Source: Octopus sinensis (taxonomy: Eukaryota). From it: a DNA stretch of 64,000 bases. Where the stretch lies: positions 35,898,001 through 35,962,000 of the forward strand of contig NC_043000.1 in the NCBI RefSeq assembly GCF_006345805.1. Reading direction: 5' to 3'. The position numbers were made by a program, and so were the translations under genes. The stretch's first letter is position 1. Every line of letters begins with the position of its first letter. Under the pieces are notes generated by a model, which saw only the letters and a list, made by a program, of their open reading frames with translations, searched no databases and was not told the DNA's origin. Shown here piece by piece: positions 38,901 to 52,888 of the stretch.

Positions 38901-39246
38901 TTGCCGACTACCACGAGTCGTTCAATCGATCCTCATAAAACTGAACAGGTCGGCCGGAACGCAAAGAACCTGTGCGGACGAATTTCCCATACTTGAAGTT
39001 AAAAAAAAAAAGCTCCTGTGCAGTTATTCTAATAAAGATGTTTTCATTAAGCAGAAATTTCTCGAACAGCTTTGATAAGCAGGTGTCAAAAATGCTATTT
39101 TTTTTCTGTTTAACACTTCATCATCATACATCGGAAAAGAGGTAAAATTTATTGAAATTTCAAAGTTGTGCAGAAAGAATAAAGAAGTGATTAAATAAAT
39201 ATATTCGCCTCTCAAAACTTGTGTGTGTGTGTGAGTGTGTGTGAGC

Positions 39247-39285
<39 letters not shown>

Positions 39286-39562
39286 CATATATATCATTGC
39301 TATTACATTAAAGTATCAAATGTCCAAATCTGGCCAAATGCGTTTTTTCAATATTTATTTTTGGTCGTAAAAGCCGGTTCTTTTGGTCAAACTATCGTAT
39401 CTTCAGCTGTATCAAAAATTGTCAAAGTGTGTAGTATAACGGGTTTGCTATGGAATGATAAAACTATTTTTTCGTTTTCTGAAAAAGAAACGTTTTGGAC
39501 TTACGACATTTTTGCATAATAGCAACGATATATATATATATATATATATATATATCATCGTT

Positions 39563-39752
39563 GCCGCAGCGGGAAAAATGCTTAGGAGTACTTCATCCGT
39601 CTTTACGTTCTGAGTTCAAATTCCGCCGTGGTCGACTTTACCATTCATCCTCCCGGGGTCGCTAAGATAACTAACTACCAGCTGAGCACTGCGGTCGATG
39701 TAGTCGACATACGTCCACCCAGAAACTGCTGTCCTTGCGCCAAAATATGAAA
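39563..39752 (+). mobile_element. Family B SINE (diverged)
   Basis: TACGTTCTGAGTTCAAATTCCGCC...TTCATCCT. Confidence 0.75.
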
Positions 39753-40468
39753 CAGATATATCTATCTATATCAACAAATGTATGTATGAGTCTGTGTGTG
39801 TGTGTGTGTGTGTCTGACACATGACCCGTGGCCAGTTTTTCTTCATTCTCTCTTTCTTACTGGCCATCCAGCGTCTCTGTCACAAAAAAGCTTACTCCAT
39901 CTTGCTATTAACTTTTGTTTATATCCTTTAGGATTTCTTCCAAGCGTTACCCATCATCCTTGCCTTTTGGCCGCGAGGCCGTATTTTGCTCGTTTCGTTT
40001 TTGTCCATCGTCTTTAATTACATCTTTTTACTTTCGCATGTCCTCTTTGTATCCTTTTGTTTGCTTCAGCCCCGATTATCTGCGTCTTTTGCAACCACCG
40101 CCAAGATGGGAAGCACCCTCCCATTCTTATCATTAAAGGTTCGAAACTGAGTATTACCATTCTGGTTGATAACTGATGAAGAACTAGGGACGCTTTGTGT
40201 CTTATACGTTTTTTTATCTGTCGTTGTTTATTTACAATGCCTTTGTTAATACAAATAATATGTACGTATATATTTATATGTGTGTATGTGTGCATATATG
40301 GGTACAGGACGTCACCAACAGTAAATAACATGAAATACGAAAACAAACGAGTTAAATACGCAAAGAACGAGAGAAAAAAAGGAAAACAAGACAAATAATA
40401 CGAAGAATACAGAGGACGACTCTTCTTCAGTAGTCGGCTGTCTCTCTACTCCCCATTTCGAGCAATCA

Positions 40469-40568
40469 NNNNNNNNNNNNNNNNNNNNNNNNNNNNNNNN
40501 NNNNNNNNNNNNNNNNNNNNNNNNNNNNNNNNNNNNNNNNNNNNNNNNNNNNNNNNNNNNNNNNNNNN
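40469..40568. other. Assembly gap (100 N)
   Basis: Run of exactly 100 N. Confidence 1.
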
Positions 40569-40735
40569 ATACACCATATAATACTTATCTACATACAAAC
40601 ATATATATATATATATATATACCTACATACTTACCTACATACATACACACACACACATATATATTTATATAGAGATATAAATATACATATACACGCACAC
40701 ATGTCTATATACGCAGTTTCGTTCTTGCATATATA

Positions 40736-41182
40736 TTAGGTCATCCCATAAATAATGCGTTTTATTTATACAGACTAACAGCTGATTATCGTCAAGACCT
40801 AGGTTTTTCCCAAAGGTAGCGTCACATTCCCTCTATAAAAGAATGTGGTGGAACCTCCACCGCAGGCATTACCCGAGCGACGGAATAGCAGGAGAAGCTT
40901 GCGACACTCCGTAAACCATGTACCCAACTTCGATCTTCGATAGGACCAGGTTTCTCGTCCACCGAAACTAGTGAACTTGGGAAACATCCGTTTCGCCAGC
41001 GGAGACCACACCTGTTTACCATCCATGTAGAGCCACAGATGCCTCAACCTCAGCGCATGTCTGCGCATCAACAGCCAAGGCATCCCTAGCCAACCCTTTA
41101 ACGGTTGTTGGTAGCAAATAGAGCGTATCACAAGCGGTTCATGCAATCGAAAAAAAGCCGCCTTATTTATGGGTTGACCCAA
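40736..41182 (-). mobile_element. Internally deleted mariner (MITE-like)
   Basis: TIR-like TTAGGTCATCCCATAAATAA / TTATTTATGGGTTGACCCAA, TA flanks, HTH-region remnant. Confidence 0.75.
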
Positions 41183-41824
41183 TACATACATGTGTATATG
41201 TGTCTGCATGTTTGTGCGTGTGTCGTGTGTATATGTTTGTGTGTGTGCATATATGTATACATGAATTTGTGTGTGTGTACGCATAGACAATCACACACAC
41301 ATAGGCATGCACACACATAGGCATGCACACACATAGGCATGCACACACATGCAGAAAACAAAGTTTTTATATCCCAGTTTTGCATATCTGAATAACACGC
41401 CCAGTAACACCAACAACTCAACTTTAAGTGATCATGCCAAGTTCACACTTTTATGCAATATATGGAAGCCCGGAACAGAGTAAATTGAAACTGCTTTAGT
41501 CCGTAAAAAATCATCGTCAGAGTAAAGATTGACTGCGGCCCCATATTAAAACTCTCATATCAGTTAAAATAAAGTGCTACATTCGCAACCCATGATTAAA
41601 GTAAAATATGAAGAAATAATAAGAGATAAATGAAAAACAAAATAAAAGTAAAGTAAAATGACATAAAAATATCAGCAAATAAATGTAAAAACAATTTTAC
41701 GGAAGATGGGTGGGATGGGGGGTGGGGGGTGGAGAAAATGTTGGTGACTTGGGGATTGCACGGAATTGGTTGAAGGCTGGACTGCTTCAAAGGAGGGAGG
41801 GTAATTCTTCACACACAAACACAC

Positions 41825-41874
<50 letters not shown>

Positions 41875-42206
41875 CACAAACACAAAAACAACCCACCAAA
41901 GACAAACACACATACGTATTCACACAATATATACATACATATATATATTATGTATAATATATATATATATAATATATATATATTATATATATACATACGA
42001 ACACATACATGTCTGTCTGTGTGTGCGTGTGCGCATCTGAACAACAAACCAGTTGTTCAACAATCGCAAAATATTCACATTTGTAACTCTCCTTTCACCG
42101 AGCGTCAAATTAATATATTTCTTGTGCACGACCTCACGTTCGAGTTTTTTCTTTTTCATGTGTCTTTTTTAAAATTGTTTGTTCTTTGAATTGATTATAA
42201 TATATA

Positions 42207-42335
<129 letters not shown>

Positions 42336-42696
42336 ATATCAAATAAATCAAAAACATAACACAAAGGATATCGCAGTACACGTGTTTCAAGCTTTATAAA
42401 TGACCCGTTCTTACATCGGTGTATAATTGACATAAAAGATGGTTTAAAGCTCTCTTCAGCCACAAACATTGTTATTCCAAAGAGTTACATCACACTATAA
42501 AAAATATGGAAAGTACATGTAGTATTACCCATTATAATAGGTATATCATATCTCCCCGAGAAAGTACATTTGTAAAATTTCGAAACTGTATAACTGTATA
42601 AAGATTCATTGGATTTCGAAGATCTGCCCATACTGTATCACCAGTCAACGTAGAGTGAATGTTAAATAGATTGGGATGTGTTTGTATTCACTCCTC

Positions 42697-42728
<32 letters not shown>

Positions 42729-42769
42729 CTCACCCCCCACACACACATATATAGTGAATCAAAACGAAG

Positions 42770-43995
42770 AACAAACAAGAAAAAACAATAACGCGACGAC
42801 GTGGTACAAGTACTGTATTATCAGATGTTCACGAAAGGAATGAAGGAGTATTTAACGTTTCGAACAAAGCTCTTCTTCAGAAATAGAGGAAGGTCAAAAG
42901 GAAGGGAAGACGAAGGAATTTGCCTGTATTGCGGGAAACGGATTTGCTCTTTATGTAGAGTGATTCTCTTTCTCAAAGTCATACTCGTTTGTCCAATATA
43001 GTGGTGTCCGCAACCCGAGGAGGGTATTACATAAATTAGGTTCTCAGAGGCATAAGTGAAACTAGTTTTAATTGTTGATCTCTGTCCTTGTTTGAAAAGG
43101 ACATCCGAGCCTCGAAGCAGGTTGTGGCAGGTTCCACAGTTTGGGCGTTCACACTTTTCAACCGTTGGTTTCGTGGTTGTTTTGTAAAGCTTCGCGTTTG
43201 TTAGTAGTCTCTTTAGCGATCTGTCTTGTTTTTTGCATTTGATGAGTTTGTGTGTTTTGAGGATGTCGCTCATTTTTGGATCTCTAGTTAGTAAAGGAAG
43301 AGTTTGCACAATAGTGTTGAATGCCTCACTGTTTCTGGGGTTGTGTGTTGATATAAATGGTAAAGTTTTGGTTTGAGGTGTGGTGCTATGTTTTTTGTTC
43401 TTAGTGTTTTTGTGTCTAATTGTTTGGCACGTTTAATTCCCTCGTCGATAAGTGAGGGTGGATATTGTCTTTCAATAAGCGTTGTTTTGAGGTCTTGAAG
43501 ACGAAGATCCCGAGTTGTTCTATCAGACACTATTGTGCAATTCCTTTTTGCCAAATTGAAAGGGATGTTTATTTTGATGTGTTTTGGGTGGCATGAGTTA
43601 AAGAGAAGATATTGTTTTGAATCAGTTGGTTTATAATAAATGTCAGTTATGATTTCATTGTTAACTTTTTTTATCATGATGTCTAAAAATGGGAGTTGTT
43701 CTTGTTATATTCCATTGTGAATGAATGTTATTTATATCATTTAGTGTGATTTGAAGTCCAAAGTTTGTCGATGTTCTCCTTCCAAATGATAAAGCAATCA
43801 TCTAGGTATGTCTTCCAATCTTCTCTTATGTAGAGGTAAAATGGGCAACCATATTTCTGAAGTGATACTTCATATGAGGTGAATTCGAAATAGCCCATTA
43901 TTAGGTTCGCAAGAACAGGAGCTACTTTCGTTCCCATCGCAATTCCGCATTTCTGACGATAGTATGTGTCATCAAATAGGAAATAATTGTTCTGA
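42770..43995 (-). mobile_element. 5'-truncated Penelope-like element (RT C-half, GIY-YIG endonuclease, 3' repeat)
   Basis: GIAMGTKVAP, YLDDCFIIW, TDIYYKPTDSKQYL..SCHP, CERPNCGTC, LIYVI...YIGQT. Confidence 0.92.
42849..42885 (-). ncRNA. Minimal hammerhead in the Penelope 3' repeat
   Basis: TATTT CTGAAGA A GAGC TTT GTTC GAAAC GTT AAATA; stems pair, palindromic ACGT stem III. Confidence 0.8.
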
Positions 43996-44121
43996 GTATC
44001 AGTTTTGTGATGTCATTATAGCTTAATAATAATAATATAATAATAATAATAATAATAATAATATATATATGTATATATATATGTATATATATATATATAT
44101 ATATATAATATAATATATATA

Positions 44122-44160
<39 letters not shown>

Positions 44161-44169
44161 GTATGTATG

Positions 44170-44400
44170 TAGGTGTGTATGTCTTTGTGTTTGTCCTGAC
44201 CACAAAACTACATGACAACCGATGATGGGTTGTTTACTTTCCGTAACTTAGTAGCACGGTAAATGTAACCGATGGAATAAGTACCAGGTTTTAGAAAAAA
44301 GGAGCTGGGGGTCGATTCGTTCGACTAGAAAAGTCTCGAAGATGTTGCTACAGCATGGCCGCAGTTCAATGACTGAAACAACTAGAAAGTAAAAGGGAAG
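44170..44400 (+). mobile_element. Family A SINE 3' half
   Basis: GACAACCGATG...CAGCATGGCCGCAGTTCAATGACTGAAAC. Confidence 0.75.
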
Positions 44401-44419
44401 CGATTCACGAGCACGCGCG

Positions 44420-44451
<32 letters not shown>

Positions 44452-44469
44452 GCACACACACACACACAT

Positions 44470-45000
44470 TCTGCATCATGAACGTCATCAAGATTGATGG
44501 CCATTTTGGTACTCTTCATCATAGCTGTTCCTTCAAGCACTTGTCAAGACACGCCTACTACCACAGTTTTCAACCAATCAACGACAGTTATTTGACACGC
44601 CTTTATTCAGAATTGTCATCAGTTATTTTTCCAATTCTTGAAGATCTTTTAATAAAAAGGCACAAATTTCTTTAGAAATCGGAGAGAATCTGAATGAGTT
44701 GTATTAACATATCGCATAAGATTTTCTTTTCGTGTTCTTCACAGAACAATATTGTCATCACGTTCTTTACTCCAAGCACTCATCTATTACGCTTGTTTCA
44801 GTTCTTACAAATATAACTCCAAAGTCAACGCGTGCAATGTCCATTTGTAACAAGTTCTAGAGAATTAAGCTGACCATTTTCGAACAAAGTTTTTTCAAGG
44901 ACTTCTTCCTGACATAGATGTGATGATTCAAACGTAACAACTCCATTATCATAACATCGATCATGCAATTCGTTCCCATGTTCCCAACTGGTCTCTTTTG
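44470..45000 (-). mobile_element. Possible decayed mariner transposase
   Basis: LRFLKKFVP fragment and mariner-like spacing; many stops. Confidence 0.3.
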
Positions 45001-45089
45001 CTTCTTAATCTCCGATTAACCAGTTGACCAACAAACCCAATCTCTCTCTGACTGTGTTGAAAGGAAAACAGATAAATAAAAGAAAGTCA

Positions 45090-45435
45090 TTGGAGGGGTT
45101 ATCCACACCCTGCGCGCACACAAGGATAAAATAAAATTTAACTTAATAACTATATTCTCAGACGAATTCGTATTTCAACAAAATGACATCAAGTGTTATT
45201 TCCCCTGCACATCGTTTACGCATGTGTAACAAAGAAATGAAAAAGACTTTGATTCACTTATCCCCCAGTTTTAAAGATAATCAAACCAAAATTCAATGAG
45301 TGAAAGCCACTCACCCAATGAGTATTTTTGCCAAATTTCGTGAAAATCCGTTCTGCCGTTTTTCAATAAGTTTGCAAACACACAAAGACTAGAGACTACA
45401 ATAACCCTGCTTCGCTTACGCGCGCAGGATTAAAT
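45090..45435 (+). mobile_element. Possible non-autonomous Helitron/Helentron-type element
   Basis: CAAATTTCGTGAAAATCCGTTC subterminal motif and 3' hairpin CCCTGC...GCAGG. Confidence 0.35.
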
Positions 45436-45584
45436 GTGTTTCTTATTGTTTCCAACTTGATGTTATCGTTAATGATGATTGTTAACTAATCTCACCATAA
45501 TGGTTGGTCACAGTAGGAAAGTCGTTGGTCGCTGACCCAGATTTGAACAGAAAGAGAAGGGTAAAAATCCCTCGCAAACCATAT

Positions 45585-45800
45585 AGTCTCATAGGGACGG
45601 TTTCACGGTTTCTGTGGCGTATATATATTCCCCCTGGACTAGACGCCGGTCCGTTTCAAGATTACTCATTTTTGCTAGTTGTGTGGATTGGAACAACAGG
45701 AAACGAAGGGTTTTGCTAAAAAAATAGTGCCCCTCGGTTTAGGAGTCAAAACAAGAATCTTACGAGCGCCTGTCGAACACCCCAGCCACCAAACCACACT
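45585..45800 (-). mobile_element. Family C SINE
   Basis: Reverse complement similar to 35110-35350. Confidence 0.55.
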
Positions 45801-45996
45801 CGACCTGAATAACAAACACAATAGACAAAGAGACTAGATACCTCCACCTACAATTTTCTACTGATACCATATCATCACCGAAATGCTCAGCAATGTCGAT
45901 TATTAGAAAGAATAGCATTTCTATAAAATAGAGATATTTACATATCTAGAGAGTAAAGAGAATGAAGTCTCTGGCAATAATAATCTATCATCTATC

Positions 45997-46068
<72 letters not shown>

Positions 46069-46164
46069 GTCTGTCTGTCTGTCTGTCTGTCGGTCTGTCT
46101 GTCTATCTATCTATTTATCTATCTATTTATCTATCTATCAATCAATCAATCGATCAATCAATCA

Positions 46165-46232
<68 letters not shown>

Positions 46233-47004
46233 GGCACTTACCGTACCTTCTGCTTCGAGAGAACTTGCCTTACCCAGCTTCTACAGTATTATGACTGAGT
46301 GTTGTAGTAACGAATTGTGCACTCTCCAAGGTAACATTAATAGCAAGCCGAGTGCTTGCGGGAGCTGACCTGGGGATGCTGCTGTTTGTGGTGGCCTCAC
46401 AAGACATGCCATCAGTTATGCTGGTAGTTACTCTTACTAAATATGCCCATGGCACAAAAGGTTAGACAAAAAGTAGCACATGTAATCAAGAATGCACTCG
46501 ATGCTAACCTTCTGCAGAAAGTTCTAGTTGTCATATTCCAAAGTCTCACCAAACACGTCCACGGTGAGAACCAGATACTGCAAAACCATGGAATTGAAAA
46601 GCTTACGACCATTATTTATCTTTTCAACTTACGTGATTGATGTTTAAAGGGTACGGATAAATGTTTTGAAAGAGCATTTTGGTCTCCTTCTGTCCAAGAT
46701 CCTAGATTAATGTACATTATCATAAGAAGCTTAACCGAGTGTAGTAATGACAGACACCCTCGCTCACCAAGAACCAACCGTATAGGAATGGTCACTGAAA
46801 AAGTGATGATGCTGGCAACGTCCCAGTATGGTCACAACCTTTAGGTTACTACTCATAAAAGAATATATTTACATACATATGGTGGGTGTGTGTGCGTGCG
46901 CATACACACACACATATAAGTATATGTATGCGTATGTATATTTTATTGTGTGCATGTATATATGGAAGTAAGCAAATATAAGTGTGTATATATCTATTTA
47001 TGCT

Positions 47005-47049
<45 letters not shown>

Positions 47050-47183
47050 TTATATATATATATGTGTGTGTGTGTGCGTGCGTGTGTATGAGTATATTTA
47101 TCTATGTATGCCTGTAAAAATGTATGTTTTCATGTTCTCTTTATTGCATTTTTCTACTTATTTTAATTTGTTTTATGATATGA

Positions 47184-47248
<65 letters not shown>

Positions 47249-47665
47249 CACACACACACGTATATTCGTATGTGTATGTGTGTGTGTGTGTATGTATATT
47301 TAGAAATTATACCCATAATCGATCTGATTTTATGCAGTTCACTTGCTGCTGTCACGTAGAAAATAACGGGATGTAGGAAATTCCACGTTTGTCTAAAAAA
47401 ATGGAGTTGATTGTTTATGGGGAAAACAAAATAAATAAAATAAAAATCATTTAACAAAACTGAAAGAGAAAATCCAAAATGGCCGATATTAAAGTATAGA
47501 TAGTAAGTTTCCGGTGTTTTTTCTTTGTTTACTAAACCATTGTCCATTTTCTCATCTGTGCCTTTATGAGTTTAGTGTATATTCACAGACACACTCACAC
47601 ACATTTATATATATATATATATGCACTTGCACACATATACATACACACATATATATACATATCTA

Positions 47666-47720
<55 letters not shown>

Positions 47721-47807
47721 TATACTATATTATATATATATTATATATATTATATATATATATATGCACTTGCACACATATACATACCACATATATATAC
47801 ATATCTA

Positions 47808-47890
<83 letters not shown>

Positions 47891-47893
47891 ATG

Positions 47894-47929
<36 letters not shown>

Positions 47930-48360
47930 GGGGTGTGTGTGTGTGTGTGTGTGTGTATGGGTGGGTGTGCGTGTGTGTGTGGTGAGTGTGTGTCTGTGTA
48001 TGCATGTCTGTGCATATCTATAATAGTTTTCATACTCTTCGCTTTATTGCATTTCTGTGCTTATTTTTCGTATCTTTTTTAATTGTTATTCGTACCTTTT
48101 TTTTGTTGTTGTCGTTTTGTTTAACTTGTTTGTATTTATTTTGCTTCATTTTGAATATAAAAATATAAAAATATAAAAATATATAGAATTGAAGAAATGA
48201 ATGAACGACTGATTGAATCAAGTTGACCATCGGCGCAACTGGAAGAATCCATTTGTTCGATATACATTAGTCATGTGAATAGGAACGGTCCATATTTTCT
48301 ACCAGAATGCATTTTTTTCTTCATATACCTTTCAAAATAATGGTAATATTTATAATTTCA

Positions 48361-48579
48361 AGGCGGCGAACTGGCAGAATCGTTAGCATGCCGGGCGAAA
48401 TGCGTAGCGCTATTTCGTCTGTTGCAAAGTTCTGAGTTCAAATTCCGCCGAGGTCGACTTTGCCTTTCATCCTTTCGGAGTCGATAAATTAAGTACCAGT
48501 TGCGTACTGGTGTCGATCTAATTGACTGGCCCCCTTCCCCAAAATTTCAGGCCTTGTGCCTAGAGTAGAAAAGAATATT
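48361..48579 (+). mobile_element. Family B SINE
   Basis: Near-consensus head, central domain and tail CCTAGAGTAGAAAAGAATA. Confidence 0.88.
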
Positions 48580-48669
48580 CATAATTTCTTAGATTGTCAC
48601 CTGATCCTGAATTTTGATCGAGACATGTGAATGGATTTAAATAGACTGTAATTCGTCAAGGGTATTCGG

Positions 48670-48900
48670 CTCTTGGTCATAAGGTTGTGAGTTCGATACC
48701 AGACTACGCGTTGTGTCCTTGAGCAAGACACTTTACTTCACGTTGCATCAGTTCATTCAGCTGGCAAAAATGAGTTGTGCCATGCTGAATCTCAATAAGA
48801 ACTACTTTAATGGAACACGTATTTGTGGAGTGCTCAACCATTGGCACGTTAATTTCACGAGCAAGCTGTTCCGTTGATCGGATCAACTGGAAAACAATTC
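48670..48900 (+). mobile_element. tRNA/CORE SINE
   Basis: GAGTTCGATACC B-box, GTGTCCTTGAGCAAGACACTT CORE-like block. Confidence 0.65.
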
Positions 48901-49279
48901 GTTTCAACCAATGGAGGATCAGTTCAATTATATACGACTTGAAGTTCAATGGGGAAGATCTTGAGATTAGAGTGTAAAAAGAATTTACCCAAGAACCGAT
49001 TAGCATATCGTCTGGTATTCCACGGCCGTCTTTAAAGAAAATTATGGAGGATTTCAAGCCCAGACTCCCCGTGACACATTTTCAGGGTCGGGAGCGGGTC
49101 ATAAAATCGATTCCACCAAAATACCCAGGTACTTAATTGCTCAAAGCTCGGTTTCACCAATGTTGTATATGTATGATGCTTTTGAGAGATCTTAAATGGC
49201 CTTGTGAGAGCATTTGCTGCAAATTCGAAGAGTCTAGTTTTATGTTGCTCATTATAAAGGAGAGAGTGAGGCACAAAAG

Positions 49280-50100
49280 ACTGTCTCCTTTATGTGTAAA
49301 ATATTTGTCTTTATTTGCGTTCTCTTTCTATACCTACGCTACACTTGAAACCAACCCCAAAGTTGGATCTATTGTTTAAATTGGATTTGGTACATGTATA
49401 CCTACAGTGTCCTACCAACAAATGATACTTTCATGGTTGTTTTGCCTTAGTGTGAACGCTAAGTTATTGTACCTAGCCATTTCTGGCGTCCTATGTGTTG
49501 ATGTACCTAGATTCTATTAAATCATATAACTAATTCATATAACATCTTACTGTTGAAAGAGATATAGCTGTCATGTCAATGTTAAAGGTTGTTAAAGTGG
49601 CGAGGAGCTGGCAGAAACGTTAGCACGCGGGGTGAAATGCTTAGCGGTATTTTGTCTGCCTTTACGTTCTGAGTTCAAATTCAGCCGAGGTCGACTTTGT
49701 CTTTCATCATTTCGGGGTCAATAAATTAAGTACCAGTTGCGTACTGGGGTTGATTTAATCGACTGGACCCCTCCTCCAAAATTTTGGGCCTTCTGCCTAG
49801 AGTAGAAAAGAATATTAAAGGTTGTTCGTAGACTTGTTGTGAAGTGTTTAGGTTATGCAATATTTATGACTAGAGGCGATGTTTTATAAAATAATGTTTC
49901 TTCGCTATGTATAGTGTTTGTGCCTTTAGACTATAGACCGTTGAGTCGGAGGTCATGCTCCTATTAGATGATGCTTTGGAAGTTCATGCTTTTCGTATGC
50001 AAGCCAGTGGGGAGCGCTTTGTTGTATGTTTAGTACCAGATATCTAAGAATGGTGGGGATAATTTCTGTGTTTTAAATAATAAATAATAAATGAGAATGC
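49280..50100 (-). mobile_element. Decayed Penelope-like RT fragment split by a SINE
   Basis: PPFLDIW...PTGLHTK resembles LPFLD...TxVYRK; shares GGCGATGTTTTATA with the 63-kb palindrome centre. Confidence 0.4.
49594..49814 (+). mobile_element. Family B SINE with 12-bp target-site duplication
   Basis: TTAAAGGTTGTT at 49582-49593 and 49815-49826. Confidence 0.88.
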
Positions 50101-50228
50101 AGAGAAGCTATTACAAATGGAGGACAAGGTGTAGTTAAAACAGACGGAAGACCAAACGTTGGAGCAGCCTTATTGTGTTGCCAATAGCAACTCAAGCTTA
50201 TTTCCTTTCGAATAATTCAAGAAACAAC

Positions 50229-50720
50229 AGGAGTGGCTGTGTGGTAAGAAGTGTGCTTCCCAACCCCTTGATTCCGGGTTCAGACCCACCGCGCGGAACC
50301 TTGGGTAAATGTCTTTTCTCTACCAAAGCCTCGGGCCGATAAAAGCCTTTTGAGTGGATTTGGTAGCCGGAAACTGAAAGAAGCCTGTCGTGAATAGGTA
50401 TATTTATATATACACATACGCACACAAACATATGTTATATTTTATATATGCATACACACACAACACACGCATATTTGTGTGTGTGTGTGTGTGTGTATGC
50501 CTATATGTTTGTGTTTGTGCACTACCACTGCTTGAAAACCGGTGTTGGTGTGTTTACATCCCTGTAACGTAGAGGTTCGGCAAAAGAGACTAATAGAAAA
50601 AGTACCAGGTATAAAAAGCAAAATAAGAACTAGGATCGATTCGTTCGACTAAAATTCTTTCAAGACCGTGCCCCAGCATGGCCGCAATCTAATGATTAAA
50701 GCAAGTTAGAAGAAAAAGAA
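50229..50720 (+). mobile_element. Family A SINE with expanded internal microsatellite
   Basis: Similarity to 22390-22782. Confidence 0.82.
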
Positions 50721-50801
50721 CTGATGATATCATTGTCAAAGCAAGACAGGAAGAAAAAAAAAAAGAACGCACTAAGTTTAAGTTGAGTCTAATACTGCAA
50801 T

Positions 50802-51233
50802 TACGAAGGGGTGGGGCTGAAAAGTTCCTGGGTTTAAGGGTCTCACGAAAGGCCTGGTGAGAAGCCCAAACTTCCGAGTTCTTTCACAGGGTTTAGAAAA
50901 ACTAAAGGACTGCTGCAATAAATATGTGAAATTGTGAGGGAAACATGTTGAATACAATCATAATTAACTGATCCTCCGGTATTTTCTTTTACTCAAAGTC
51001 AGGAACTTTCCAGAACTCCTTCGCATATATAGAAAACACACGCACAAGGTGAGAGCTGAAAAGTTCCTGGCTGTAAGGGTGTCGTGAAAGTCTTTGGAGG
51101 AGGCCCAAACTTTTAAGGTCTTCACGGTGGGTGGAATTTGAAAGGGAAATATGTTGAATAAAATCATAATTTACTGTTCCTGCTGTATTTTCTTTTGCTC
51201 AAATGCAGAAACTTTTTAGACCCCGCTCCCGTA
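50802..51233 (+). mobile_element. Two tandem mariner-derived MITEs (50802-51027, 51043-51233)
   Basis: TACGAAGGGG..GCTGAAAAGTTCCTGG ends; residual mariner C-terminal GxYVE* coding sequence. Confidence 0.7.
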
Positions 51234-51698
51234 TAATTCCAACTTCCGATATACCATTACTTAGAGTTTCATATCTTTCTCTATGGAGAGTTCCGGGAAA
51301 TGGCTGAGTGGTGTAGTAAATACATTTCCAGGAGTGTTAGCATCTCTTTCTCCCTCTCGTACTCTCCACCACCCTCTTCCTCTCGTACTCTCTCCCTATA
51401 TATATATCTTTTATCCTTTCGTTTTTCTCACAAACTGCGCCCATGCCGGGGCCCCGCCTAGTAGAATTTCAGTCGAACGTATATGTATAAAAATATATTT
51501 ATGTATACACACGTACACACTTGCTTACGTACTTATACACACAATGTGCAATCTCAAAAGATCATGTAATTGTATAAAATTTACGAATTAAAAATTAATG
51601 AATATTTATAAATATATGAGTGCATATATCCATTGTAACACAGTGGGACATACATATCTATTTACCCGTACATGCTTGCTCATATATATATATGTATA

Positions 51699-51730
<32 letters not shown>

Positions 51731-51734
51731 GATA

Positions 51735-51777
<43 letters not shown>

Positions 51778-51793
51778 TATATATATATATATC

Positions 51794-51860
<67 letters not shown>

Positions 51861-52147
51861 AACGCCCATACACATGCAGGCTCGCACACACGCGCGCACA
51901 CACACTTATATAGCTACGCATTTTTAATTTTGGAATCTGAAGAAACATGTGGCGTTCTCAATGCTGGTGATATGTCGTGCATCATAATTCGCTCTAGACA
52001 AATGAATGCATACACACGTACATACGTACATACTTACATCAATTCATGCATAACTATACACATGTATAATAGACGCACACACAAGTAGATATGTGTGTGT
52101 GAAGGAAATATATATTGTAAATATGTGAATAAAGAATGCATGGTAAA

Positions 52148-52186
<39 letters not shown>

Positions 52187-52190
52187 AACA

Positions 52191-52224
<34 letters not shown>

Positions 52225-52259
52225 TAATAATGATGATAATAATAATAATAATAATAATA

Positions 52260-52291
<32 letters not shown>

Positions 52292-52296
52292 TGATG

Positions 52297-52367
<71 letters not shown>

Positions 52368-52708
52368 CACCTGTTGTCATAGGTGCCCTGGGAATGATAG
52401 CGAAAGGGCTGATTGCTACCTAACTCAGATACCAGGAAACCCCAAAATGGCAGAAATTCAAAAGATAGTGCTCATGGGAACTGCTCATATCCTACGCAAA
52501 ATACTCTCTATGTAATCTCAAGGTTTAAAACAAACTTTTTTATTTTAAAAATTTATTTATTAGACATTCACTAGTACAACACTAACCCCCCCCAAATATA
52601 TGGCACACTAGGCATAACAACAACGTGAACTTCCAACCTGTTCTCTCTTGAGGTCTCTGGGTGAGACTTGGAGCCAACTTGTACAAACATAAAGCAAAAG
52701 TCAAACAT
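52368..52708 (+). mobile_element. Short 3' fragment of the 16.8-kb Dong family in (AAT)n
   Basis: QIPGNPKMAEIQKIVLMGTAHILRKILS and 3' UTR nearly identical to 17280-17620. Confidence 0.9.
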
Positions 52709-52709
52709 A

Positions 52710-52760
<51 letters not shown>

Positions 52761-52765
52761 TAATA

Positions 52766-52798
<33 letters not shown>

Positions 52799-52888
52799 TG
52801 ATCATAATAATAATAATAATAATAATAATAATATATAATAATAATAATAAAAATAATGATAATAATAATAATAATAATAATAATAAAT

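Noticed and set aside
41707-41732. G-quadruplex-capable GGGTGGGATGGGGGGTGGGGGGTGG
   Set aside because: An isolated G-run beside a microsatellite with no functional context.
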